A DNA stretch of 53,000 nucleotides from a virus (taxonomy: Duplodnaviria > Caudoviricetes). Below are positions 40,242 to 49,368 of this stretch, one piece after another. The notes under the pieces are model-generated. The model made no database searches. It saw only the letters and a list, made by a program, of their open reading frames with translations, and was not told where the DNA came from. Position 1 is the stretch's first letter, and each line of letters opens with the position of its first letter. The translations under genes were made by a program, and so were the position numbers. The DNA lies in the IMG/VR virus record IMGVR_UViG_3300031631_000003, positions 1 to 53,000 of that record. One strand, written 5' to 3'.

Positions 40242-41070
40242 TCATACCGTTCTGACGAGCTGTTTCAACAGTCCATCCGGCTGCAAGCATCGCTTCCCAA
40301 GTTTGACCACCAGCAAGTGGGGTCATTTGAACCGGTGGTGGTCCCGCAGCGAAATCCGGGGCAGGTGGAGCTTGAACAGGTGGAGCTTGAACAGGTGGAG
40401 CTTGAACAGGTGGAGCTTGAACAGGTGGAGCGGCAGGTACAGGCATCCCACCAACAGGAGTAAGTGATGCACCGGCGGGTAGTGCTTGACCACCGAACCC
40501 AGCAGTGGATACATCGACAGATCCCTGAGTGTCAATAACTTCACCGTATGCGGTCAGTGCAACGGCTTTTGGGTTGAGATACATACCCGCGGTATTACCA
40601 GGTTTTGCATTATTACTGGTAAATTCCATCATAACCTGTACGTAGTAACCGGGCATAATAGCATTGGGTTCGATAAGCACCTTCGCGCCTGTCGCATCGC
40701 AGATCGTTGGGAACCACATCTGGTTGAACCATACAACCCAATTACCAGGATATCCTGCTTGATCACAGGGTTTTTTCATAGATTTATTCGGGATAGTAGA
40801 ATCACCATCTGTGATCTTCCATGAAAACGCTGGCTGTTGGGTCTCACCATTCGGCCATGCTGCAACAGCAGCATCATAAATCTGCTTGCCCCATACTGTT
40901 TCATTCCAGTGTTGCTCCGGTCCTTTCGGAATTGCAACACCAAAACTCATTGCTTCCATGGGTGTTCCGTCATTTTTCATGCGCGGATTACCGTTATTAT
41001 CTTTTACCGGATACATCTTATACAGAGATCCACCAATCATACGTCCAACAGGTGTTGTTAATTCAGCCAT
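40234..41070 (-). CDS. ssb: Single-stranded DNA-binding protein (phage OB-fold type)
   Basis: TPVGR, KITDGD, PGYYVQV, GMYLN motifs; Pro-rich tail with 15-bp repeats. Confidence 0.65.
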   Translation of the reverse strand: MAELTTPVGRMIGGSLYKMYPVKDNNGNPRMKNDGTPMEAMSFGVAIPKGPEQHWNETVWGKQIYDAAVAAWPNGETQQPAFSWKITDGDSTIPNKSMKKPCDQAGYPGNWVVWFNQMWFPTICDATGAKVLIEPNAIMPGYYVQVMMEFTSNNAKPGNTAGMYLNPKAVALTAYGEVIDTQGSVDVSTAGFGGQALPAGASLTPVGGMPVPAAPPVQAPPVQAPPVQAPPVQAPPAPDFAAGPPPVQMTPLAGGQTWEAMLAAGWTVETARQNGMIV

Positions 41071-41098
41071 TTTTAATTCTCCTTTCAAGTTTTGTTAT

Positions 41099-41260
41099 TT
41101 AATTAGAACAATATCCGCCACAATAGCCGACAGGTATATCCCATGTATTTGCGCATACTTGTTGTTTCTGATTGCCGACACAGATGCATGAACAGCTTGC
41201 CTGAGCCATCGTTCCTGTAAATCCAAGTAACAGAAATACAACCAGTAATATATTCTTCAT
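41099..41260 (-). CDS. Secreted cysteine-rich mini-protein (53 aa, not in ORF track)
   Basis: AAGGAG RBS; MKNILLVVFLLLGFTGTMAQA|SCSCICVGNQKQQVCANTWDIPVGYCGGYCSN. Confidence 0.75.
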   Translation of the reverse strand: MKNILLVVFLLLGFTGTMAQASCSCICVGNQKQQVCANTWDIPVGYCGGYCSN

Positions 41261-42334
41261 TTAATTCTCCTTTGGTTTAAATAATAACTGTAACGCTTCC
41301 ATGTCCACCTTCTTCAAGGTGGGTTTACCAGCATAAAAATTACTCATACCATCGATAACTTCTTTCGGCATCCCGGCTGTTATCGCCTGGATCGGAGTTA
41401 TCGGTGCTGGTTCCTTCATCAAATCCAGACCATACAACATCGATGTATCGCGAATTACACTGGTATCAACCGACCATGCTTTTCTACCACGACCTGTTCC
41501 GATTTCATACCCGGGAGGTGGTGTTTTCATACACACCGCCTCGATACCAGTTAATCGTGCTTTAATAAGTTTCTCTGCAAATTTCAGGAACTCATACTCC
41601 TGTGCAAGATTCGGTTCGACAGGGGTATTATCCGCAATATGAACCAGATTTTGCACCGTTATTCCAAGTGATTTACATACAGCTCGTGCAGAACAGTATT
41701 TACAGTGTTCACCAGCTACAGCCTCGGGATCATCACTGAGCGCCTGGTGAGCTGCATATGAATACTGATTTATAAACCCTCGCAGGTCTGTTGCCTTACA
41801 TGACCATCGTTTAATTCCACCAGAGCGCGGTTGTACGATAATATTTTCTACAGTCATGTTAATCTCAAGGCCGTCAACGAGATCAATTATACCAGAGTCG
41901 TATGTAATCAACTGAGGATTTTCAACAGGTGATACATCGATATAACCGTCTTTGTAATCAACCATCGTGATGTGATTTATTTCTGGATTATATGACCAGA
42001 AATCCGCAGTCCCGAAACACTCTGGATGCACGCGTTTACAATCAATTCGCACCTCTATGTGATTCTGACCGTGTATACTCCGGCAGAGATCAACATATAC
42101 TTTACCGCGATTAATCATCTCCTGTGTAATTATAATCCCGTTATCGGGACAGGTTGCACCTGGAGATACAGGTGTACCTCTGAGACTCACCTCATTTACC
42201 CAATGGACTGCTGTCCCGATATCGCGTGTTTCGTGCGGTGTATCATCTTCAGGTATAGCCCGTTGCATCGGAACAGACGCAGGGCATTTACTGATCCGCG
42301 CCATGCTCGATGGTGATATTATCGAGTGTTCCAT
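41261..42334 (-). CDS. PD-(D/E)XK Cas4-like exonuclease (DUF2800 family)
   Basis: HS..SPS....CP, GTAVH, FGTAD, DYKDG, NPQL, HCKYC.A...C. Confidence 0.85.
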   Translation of the reverse strand: MEHSIISPSSMARISKCPASVPMQRAIPEDDTPHETRDIGTAVHWVNEVSLRGTPVSPGATCPDNGIIITQEMINRGKVYVDLCRSIHGQNHIEVRIDCKRVHPECFGTADFWSYNPEINHITMVDYKDGYIDVSPVENPQLITYDSGIIDLVDGLEINMTVENIIVQPRSGGIKRWSCKATDLRGFINQYSYAAHQALSDDPEAVAGEHCKYCSARAVCKSLGITVQNLVHIADNTPVEPNLAQEYEFLKFAEKLIKARLTGIEAVCMKTPPPGYEIGTGRGRKAWSVDTSVIRDTSMLYGLDLMKEPAPITPIQAITAGMPKEVIDGMSNFYAGKPTLKKVDMEALQLLFKPKEN

Positions 42335-42335
42335 A

Positions 42336-42920
42336 TTAATACTCGTTAAGTTTAGCCATAATTACAGGCAGTGCACCGGGATGTTCGCCAAGCAGTTGCA
42401 TATTCGGGATTCCGTTATCCGCTAGGAGTTGCATCATATCCGTTGCTTGCATCTTACCGCTTCCCATTAACTCAGCAAGTTTCTGTTGTACTGATTCTGG
42501 GGTGATGATAGTTGGATCGGTGGTTACTGCTGGTGCTGCCTCCTGTGGCTCGGTGGTTGCCGGTGTGTCTGCTGATTTAGCGTCATACTCAGCATAAATA
42601 CTGTCAACGATTGCCTTATCTGAACCACGTTTCAGCTTCCAGATACCAACTGTTGTTTGTGTTTGTTTTATCGTATTTATACGGGCATCCCATGGTCTAC
42701 CAGCAGAGTCAAGTTCGTTGGGGTTGACGATGTGTTCCGGTGCCGGTTCAGTAACTGGTTCCTGTACGGTGGTGGTTTCTGGAGCTGGTGTCGGTATAGA
42801 CGGCTTCCTACGTGGTTCCCGTGTTGGTGCATCGGTAATACATTGCTGTCCATGTAATAACATTCTCATGTCATCATGGGCTTCTTCTACCGTCTCACAA
42901 TTAATTTTAATTTCAATCAT
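42336..42920 (-). CDS. Conserved phage early protein
   Basis: 'D..G.PWD.RI.......G.WK.KRG' motif. Confidence 0.6.
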   Translation of the reverse strand: MIEIKINCETVEEAHDDMRMLLHGQQCITDAPTREPRRKPSIPTPAPETTTVQEPVTEPAPEHIVNPNELDSAGRPWDARINTIKQTQTTVGIWKLKRGSDKAIVDSIYAEYDAKSADTPATTEPQEAAPAVTTDPTIITPESVQQKLAELMGSGKMQATDMMQLLADNGIPNMQLLGEHPGALPVIMAKLNEY

Positions 42921-42946
42921 TTTTAATACCTCTGTTTAATTTTTAT

Positions 42947-43294
42947 TTACCAAATTCTTCCGTTTCCGCTTCCGTCTCCGCTTCCGCTTCCGTCTCCGCT
43001 TCCGCTTCCGCTTCCGTCTCCGCTTCCGTATCCGTATCCGCTTCCGTCTCCGTCTCCGCTTCCGTCTCCGTCTCCGCTTCCGTCTCCGTCTCCGTCTCCG
43101 TCTCCGCTTCCGCTTCCGTCTCCGTCTCCGCTTCCGCTTCCGTCTCCGTATCCGCTTCCGTTTCCGCTTCCGTATCCGCTTCCGCTTCCGCTTCCGTCTC
43201 CGCTTCCGTATCCGTATCCGCTTCCGTCTCCGTCTCCGCTTCCGTCTCCGCTTCCGTCTCCGCTTCCGCGACCTTTCATTTCTATTCTTTCCAT
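42947..43294 (-). CDS. Gly-X dipeptide repeat protein
   Basis: About 51 GX units, X = S/D/Y/N. Confidence 0.65.
   Translation of the reverse strand: MERIEMKGRGSGDGSGDGSGDGDGSGYGYGSGDGSGSGSGYGSGNGSGYGDGSGSGDGDGSGSGDGDGDGDGSGDGDGSGDGDGSGYGYGSGDGSGSGSGDGSGSGDGSGNGRIW
42958..43267 (-). repeat. 6-bp GGA-NNC microsatellite
   Basis: Only GGA alternating with AGC, GAC, TAC or AAC on the minus strand. Confidence 0.95.
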
Positions 43295-43653
43295 ATCTTC
43301 ACTCCTTCTATGGAATCAAATGCTTCCTGGGTGCATGGGATAATTTCAATTGATTCTGTTAAAGTTATCTTTGGAACAACACATGGGAATTTACAATCAT
43401 CTGGGTTTTTAACACCTTCCATCGCAAGCTGCGACAGACTTGCCGCACCAGACCAATACCAGAGTCTGCGAGAGTTAACCAAATCAACCTGCTTTCCTCC
43501 TTGTGATTTAAGAAACCCCGCATGTACCCCGGCTGAGTATGTGCGGACAATTACATATTCAAGCCCGTCTGTATTTACTGCTTGTGCTTGTTCCGTACCC
43601 TTCTTTACATATTTGATACCGTTAATTTCAATCTCATTTAATTCTACTGACAT
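43282..43653 (-). CDS. DUF6948-like phage protein
   Basis: Likely start MSVELNE after AGGAG; [13 protein letters not shown]...[18 protein letters not shown]. Confidence 0.7.
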   Translation of the reverse strand: MSVELNEIEINGIKYVKKGTEQAQAVNTDGLEYVIVRTYSAGVHAGFLKSQGGKQVDLVNSRRLWYWSGAASLSQLAMEGVKNPDDCKFPCVVPKITLTESIEIIPCTQEAFDSIEGVKIWKE

Positions 43654-43769
43654 TTCAATTCTCCTTATAGAGCGTTTATAAATCCGGTAGCGATAACTAC
43701 CAGCGTGATTCCAATGATGCATATTGTGCTTCTTTGTCGTTCTGTCATGTTGTTCTCCTGTTGTTGTTT

Positions 43770-43875
43770 CAGTACAGACAATAGACGATGTGTTTACAAC
43801 TGTCAAGAGGTTTTATCTTGATTTTAAAGATATATTAAGTATACTCTGTTTAACAGTTCATTCAAACAAGGAGAA
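43770..43875. promoter_or_regulatory. Divergent sigma70-type promoter pair (early control region)
   Basis: Leftward TTGACA-17-TATTGT; rightward TTGATT-16-TATACT; both followed by AGGAG RBS. Confidence 0.7.
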
Positions 43876-43880
43876 ATATA

Positions 43881-44078
43881 ATGACTGATAGACCGAAGAT
43901 TGTAGGAAAAAACGTAACGATCACGAACTTAACAATGGAGCAATATAAAAAACTCGTTGGGTTATCTCAACAAAAGAATATGAGCATCAGTGCTTATATG
44001 AAACATCTGCTGGAGCAGGTTAAATTTAACGAAGATACACAGGAATACTGTTCATCGGAAGAGGGCTTCTGGGGATGA
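43881..44078 (+). CDS. Ribbon-helix-helix (Arc/CopG-like) regulator
   Basis: VTITNL..EQY..L.......MSISAYMK.LL; first gene after the divergent promoter. Confidence 0.6.
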   Translation: MTDRPKIVGKNVTITNLTMEQYKKLVGLSQQKNMSISAYMKHLLEQVKFNEDTQEYCSSEEGFWG

Positions 44079-45205
44079 GGGTTTGCACAATAGACATTGC
44101 ACAACAGCTAGGAATGGCACATGGTCATCTTTTAAGAAGTATGTATTCAATATGTAAAAGAAATAACTTACATATTGATAGATATGAGTCATCATACGCG
44201 AGTAAATATGGACAATTGCATAAATGTTATAGAGTCAGTGTTCAAATATATAAATTATTAATAAAAACTATTAATAAAAAGCGAAGGAGAACATTACAAA
44301 AAGAATTATTATCAGTTGGTTTAAAGATGTGTTCAAGATGTAAAGACTTCATGAATATCACAGATTTTAATAACGCAACTAACTCATCTGATGGGTTGTA
44401 TTCATCATGTAAGCATTGCAGAAGTGAACTAAGTAAAATTAGCACATCATTAAGTCAAAGATCCATACATCATAATATTACGATTATGATTAAGAGAACG
44501 TATCACAGGTTAGGACTCAAGGAATGCACAAAATGTAAATCTTTGATGCCTTTCAATCGTTTCTGGAAAGATAAAGACCGCAACGGTGGTTATAACCACC
44601 GTTGCATAGAGTGTTCATTACCGAGTTGTAGAAAACGATTGAAAGATAATCACGACAGATATAATAAGAATCGTCGTCTTAAAAACGAATCACCCAGTGA
44701 TTATAAGAAATCTACAGAATTAGTTATATCCGATGGTGCTATTTTGGATAAAGAATGGTCAGAAGTGTTCGGATACGATATCTTATCAGTCAAGTGTAAG
44801 AATTGTGGTAAACATCATATACCATCGCTTTACAGTGTGAATAATCGTATTCGTTGCATAAATGGAACAGTAAAAGGCGAAGGAAATTTTTACTGTTCGG
44901 TAGAGTGTAAGAACTCTTGTCCTATATATGGTTTCATTACAACCAGTCAAACAGATCCACGCAGTAAACAATACACTCCATCATCTGCACAACAAACAAC
45001 CCGTAAGTGTCAAACCAATAATCTGAAACAGTTACAGTGTGACAAGCATGGGTATAACTATTGCGAGAAGTGTGGGGATATTATTGATGTAGAACTTCAC
45101 CACACCTTGACAGTGGTAGAACACGGTACTGATGCAGTTTCATCTGCTGGGCATATACTATTATGTGCTGGTTGTCATACGGATGTACATAGGGGGTGCA
45201 AGTAA
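44075..45205 (+). mobile_element. Rha-like N-terminus fused to Zn-ribbons and HNH endonuclease
   Basis: IDIAQQLG..H..LLRS...SY....G....CY; C-terminal CEKCG...ELHH...LLCAGCH. Confidence 0.75.
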
Positions 45206-46872
45206 TAATGATACTCCGTCCATATCAACAGAAATTAAATGATGATATTTATGATGCATGGGATGCTGGTCACAGGAGAGTAGGCGCTGTGATGGTCACA
45301 GGGGCTGGTAAAACGGTGGCATTCACTCAAATAATAAAGGAGCATGTAGGATATAGTATATTACTTGTTCACAGAGTTGAGTTACTAGAACAAGCGTGTT
45401 TAACCCTGAGTAAGAGAGGGGTTAAACATAATATAATAGCTCCTCAATCTACTATAAAGAATATATGCAGGAGTGAGGTTACAGAGTTTGGAAAATGTTA
45501 TTACGATCCGAATGCTTCGGCATATGTTGCTTCTGTGCCGACACTGGTCCGCAGACTTGGATCTCTTAATCAGCTATGTAGTCAGGTTACTCTTGTTGTC
45601 GTGGATGAGTGTCATCATTTAACGGATAAGAACTCGTTTGGAAGATGCGTTCTGGCGTTTACCAATGCTAAAACACTAGGTGTTACGGCCACATTATGTC
45701 GAGCATCTTCATCAGGACTTGGAGCAGGTCAAGGCGGGTTACTGGACACATTTGTTGAAGGCCCAACAATGAAGTGGTTAATCAATAACGGATATCTGTG
45801 CGATTATGTGATGTACGCCCCTGAATCATATATCAATATGACAAATGTTAATATCACATCGTCTGGTGACTACTCACAAAAGAAATTATCAGCAGCAATT
45901 GAGGATTCAACAATTGTGGGTGATGTTGTAAAGAGCTATCTTAAATTTGGTAAAATGCGCCCAGGTATAACATTTACAGTCTCTGTTAAAAACGCTCATG
46001 ATATTTCAGATGCTTATATCAAGGCTGGAGTATCATCCGCTGTGCTTCATGCAGAATTACCGCAACATGAGCGGCATAATATACTTAGGAAGATGAGAAA
46101 CGGAGAGTTGAATCAGGTTGTAAACTGTGGAATCTTAACAGAAGGAAGCGATATAAAAATAGCTCAGGTAATCAGCTTTGCCAGGAAAACGGAATCTCTA
46201 TCATTATATCTCCAGATGGCAGGCAGGGTGCTCAGAGTATCACCCAATGGTGAGAAAGCAATATTAATAGACCATTGCAGTAACATAGTACGTCACGGAG
46301 CACCGGACGAGATACGAACCTGGTCACTAGATCGACGGGGACGTAAGTCAAACACTCCCGACGATGTAACACTTATATCAGTCTGTCCAGCTTGCTCCGG
46401 TGCATATGAACGTATGCTTGGGCGAACCTGTCCGTATTGCGGTCACTTTAGTGAACCAGTTGACAGAGTGCTGCCGGAAAACGTCGAAGGTGAGCTGTCG
46501 CTATTGACACCAGAAGCATTAAATAAATTACGTGCGGATATCGCTCAGGCAAATCGTACACCGGACGAAGTATTTCAGGATATGCAAGCGATGAATATGT
46601 CGCAGGTTGTATGTAATACGAACCGTAAACGACAAACCGAGTTGTTGGAGTTACGCAAGAGGTTAACTGAGACAATACAGAAATGGGGCGAAGGTAAACG
46701 ATCACTGGGACAGGATGATACAGTATCCTATCGTGAGTTTTGGATTACATACGGTGTTGATGTTATGTCTGCTCAGATGTTAAACAGGAAAGATACTGAG
46801 GTGTTGATTGACAAGGTATTTAGGGGCGTACTCCCTCCTCAGTGGATGAAAGATGCGATGAATTTAATTTAA
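45196..46872 (+). CDS. Superfamily 2 DNA helicase
   Basis: LRPYQ, TGAGKT, DECHH, TAT, QMAGRVLR and a Zn ribbon. Confidence 0.9.
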   Translation: MQVIMILRPYQQKLNDDIYDAWDAGHRRVGAVMVTGAGKTVAFTQIIKEHVGYSILLVHRVELLEQACLTLSKRGVKHNIIAPQSTIKNICRSEVTEFGKCYYDPNASAYVASVPTLVRRLGSLNQLCSQVTLVVVDECHHLTDKNSFGRCVLAFTNAKTLGVTATLCRASSSGLGAGQGGLLDTFVEGPTMKWLINNGYLCDYVMYAPESYINMTNVNITSSGDYSQKKLSAAIEDSTIVGDVVKSYLKFGKMRPGITFTVSVKNAHDISDAYIKAGVSSAVLHAELPQHERHNILRKMRNGELNQVVNCGILTEGSDIKIAQVISFARKTESLSLYLQMAGRVLRVSPNGEKAILIDHCSNIVRHGAPDEIRTWSLDRRGRKSNTPDDVTLISVCPACSGAYERMLGRTCPYCGHFSEPVDRVLPENVEGELSLLTPEALNKLRADIAQANRTPDEVFQDMQAMNMSQVVCNTNRKRQTELLELRKRLTETIQKWGEGKRSLGQDDTVSYREFWITYGVDVMSAQMLNRKDTEVLIDKVFRGVLPPQWMKDAMNLI

Positions 46873-46875
46873 GTG

Positions 46876-46905
46876 TTGACGGCAGTAACCCATAGGGGTA
46901 TAAGT
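46876..46905 (+). promoter_or_regulatory. Putative promoter
   Basis: TTGACG-17-TATAAG. Confidence 0.5.
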
Positions 46906-46953
46906 AATCATGAACGAGGGAAACAGCCCTCAATAACCCCAACGGAGAACGAC

Positions 46954-47136
46954 ATGATAAGTAAAATATTCTCAGCAGTATCAGTGATAACGATTTCTGT
47001 TATGATGTCACTCGTAATTATATTAACAGGGTCATGTATATCACTGGTGAGCGTTCCGCTTGCGCTGTTGGTTATATCGATGATCGTTCTGGTTCCAGTA
47101 GTTGCAGTATACACCTATCGAGATATGGAGAGTTAA
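46954..47136 (+). CDS. Small membrane protein
   Basis: GGAG RBS; about 45 consecutive hydrophobic residues. Confidence 0.55.
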   Translation: MISKIFSAVSVITISVMMSLVIILTGSCISLVSVPLALLVISMIVLVPVVAVYTYRDMES

Positions 47137-47688
47137 TATGGGATTTTATTTTACCGAAGTTAAAGGCATCGTATATCAAGTTCATGTGGCTTACACTCGT
47201 GAACGCGGATACCAGGTGCTTTATGCGCTGGAAGTTACTGACCAGAAACGGATTATTAAATTTTATGCACACGATGAGGATTATTAGATATGAATCGTAA
47301 ACACATACGAGTAGGTAGAGGATACCAGATATCGGAAGATATCAAGAAAACGATAATTAACGAGTGCGATAACCCTGCTGATTATGAGCAGTACGTGGAG
47401 TTAAATCTGTTGAGCGATCCCGACGCGGGAGCAGCTTACTATCACATTACAACAGATCATTTTAAATTTTACTGTAAGGAGGCACTATGCAAAGTATAAT
47501 AGGGATGATTGAATGTGAGAACTGGATGTATGCAAGGAAGCGAGATGTCAGACCGGGTGCTCGCAGTATGGCAAGTATCCGATCCATCAGACTTGAATAT
47601 GATGGTTTAAAGGCAAGTAATGATTATATACCAAGTGAGTTTAAAGATATGTCTGACCTGTCTCATTTATCAGAGGATTATACCAGCG

Positions 47689-47841
47689 ATGGACTTAAAA
47701 CAACAGCGTGAAAAACGTAAAATATCACAACGGGAGATGGCGAGACTGTTAAATACACCAGTCTCGACTTATATTAAATGGGAGAACGGTTCGCGCCGGG
47801 TTCCTGGAATCGTTAAAATTGCGTTACGAGGAATTAAATGA
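47689..47841 (+). CDS. XRE/Cro-like HTH protein
   Basis: MDLKQQREKRKISQREMARLL......IKWENG.R. Confidence 0.75.
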   Translation: MDLKQQREKRKISQREMARLLNTPVSTYIKWENGSRRVPGIVKIALRGIK

Positions 47842-48559
47842 AAATAAATAGCTGCCCATCACATTTGTATAAACCAGAAGTATTACAAGAATTGAAGCAT
47901 CACGGGTTAGGATTAGCATTGGGTCAGTCAGTTGTCAGGAGATATGCTGTAATGATGAACAACTATTTAATACATGGGCATTCCCCGAAAGAATGTGCTT
48001 TCGATATACATGAGGAATGGAAGCATGAACAACAAACATATATAAAACCTGATTACCTATACACAAAGGCATGTATAGGTATACATAATATGGAGAATTG
48101 ATATGCCTCCTGAAAACAACCCAAGAGATGAAATAGAAACATATCCATGTGAGTGTGGTGGAGATATAACAAAAAACGAATACGGAGAGTGTCCAACTTG
48201 TGGGAATGAGGCTATGGATAAATACTGCCCAAACTGTGGTGCAGAAATGAAAATATGGGAATGTGACGTGTGCGGGTTTGTATAAGCACCGTAAGAGGAA
48301 TTAAATGAAAATAAATAATAGATTCAGCATCAGTAGGGACCGGTATAATTATATCCTGACACACACCGGTGAATATACAAATCTTGAAACAGGTGAAATC
48401 AGTCACCCGGAAACACGATCATATTATCCAGATCTTGCATCGTGCTGTCGTAGTGTAATCAGGCAGGATACCGATGTTACGGATTTGCAAACGATTCTTG
48501 ATTCACTGGAACGACTACAGAACGAAATCACTGCGGCTATTATGCTTGGAGGGCTGTGA
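47838..48559 (+). CDS. Three small hypothetical genes (47838-48101, 48103-48285 Zn-ribbon, 48305-48559)
   Basis: RBS-preceded ORFs; the middle one has repeated CxxC motifs. Confidence 0.5.
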
Positions 48560-48951
48560 TGCGCAGTGAATCAGCAGTAACAAACGATGTGTTATTGGCG
48601 GTGAGTAAACGTGGTATACGCTTATACCGTAATAATTCAGGAGCTATTACAACGGATGATGGCAGGCATATACGGTTCGGGCTGGGTAATATTTCCACGA
48701 AGGTTAACAGATCCCTGAAGTCGAGTGATCTGATCGGTGTAACACCGGTGGTTATTAAACCCGAACACCTGGGCAGAACACTAGGTATATTTACCAGCCT
48801 GGAGATTAAACACGGTGGTTGGAAATTACAACCGAGCGATGATCACGCACAGGCGCAATTGCGCTGGATAGAATTAATACGCGACCTCGGTGGTATTGCC
48901 GGATTTGTTTCTGATGTAGCTGAGCTTGACAGTATTATATATTTTATGTAA
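48556..48951 (+). CDS. VRR-NUC domain nuclease
   Basis: E.......RNNSG...FGL...SSDLIG...EIK...Q..W......GG.AG. Confidence 0.85.
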   Translation: MMRSESAVTNDVLLAVSKRGIRLYRNNSGAITTDDGRHIRFGLGNISTKVNRSLKSSDLIGVTPVVIKPEHLGRTLGIFTSLEIKHGGWKLQPSDDHAQAQLRWIELIRDLGGIAGFVSDVAELDSIIYFM

Positions 48952-49068
48952 CGTATTACAGACTGTCGGAGGTCTTTTAAATCGAGTTTGCAATTTTGAC
49001 CGTGATAATATCCTGTAGGTTCAGCTCGTACCTACTCCGACTGGGATGTTGTCACGGTCATTTTTGTT
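48926..49068 (+). promoter_or_regulatory. Promoter plus leader with 17-bp terminator-like stem
   Basis: TTGACA-17-TAACGT; stem 48997-49013 / 49044-49060 followed by T5. Confidence 0.65.
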
Positions 49069-49092
49069 TCCAATGCATAGTGGAGGAATTAC

Positions 49093-49368
49093 ATGAGTAT
49101 TAAATTCGGAAGTAACGATAATTCAGGCAGACGCGCGGAGCGTTTGAGCAGGGTTATCGGGTATGTCACAGCTAAGGCATCAACAGATAATTTAATCGGT
49201 CTGTGGGATGATAAGGGTCATTTAATAGTCTATATTAGTAGACTTATCAGTGCTGATTTATATTCTGCCCTGTGTGAAGCGTGGAATGATGTTGAAGGTG
49301 AATTAACACTTGAGTTTATCCGCACCAATGATAATGAAATCCAACAGGTGTTCAAATATGACTCCTGA
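49093..49368 (+). CDS. Hypothetical protein
   Basis: GGAGG RBS; 91 aa. Confidence 0.6.
   Translation: MSIKFGSNDNSGRRAERLSRVIGYVTAKASTDNLIGLWDDKGHLIVYISRLISADLYSALCEAWNDVEGELTLEFIRTNDNEIQQVFKYDS

Noticed and set aside
40363-40430. 15-bp tandem repeat in the SSB gene
   Set aside because: It encodes an ordinary Pro-rich linker (APPVQ)n.
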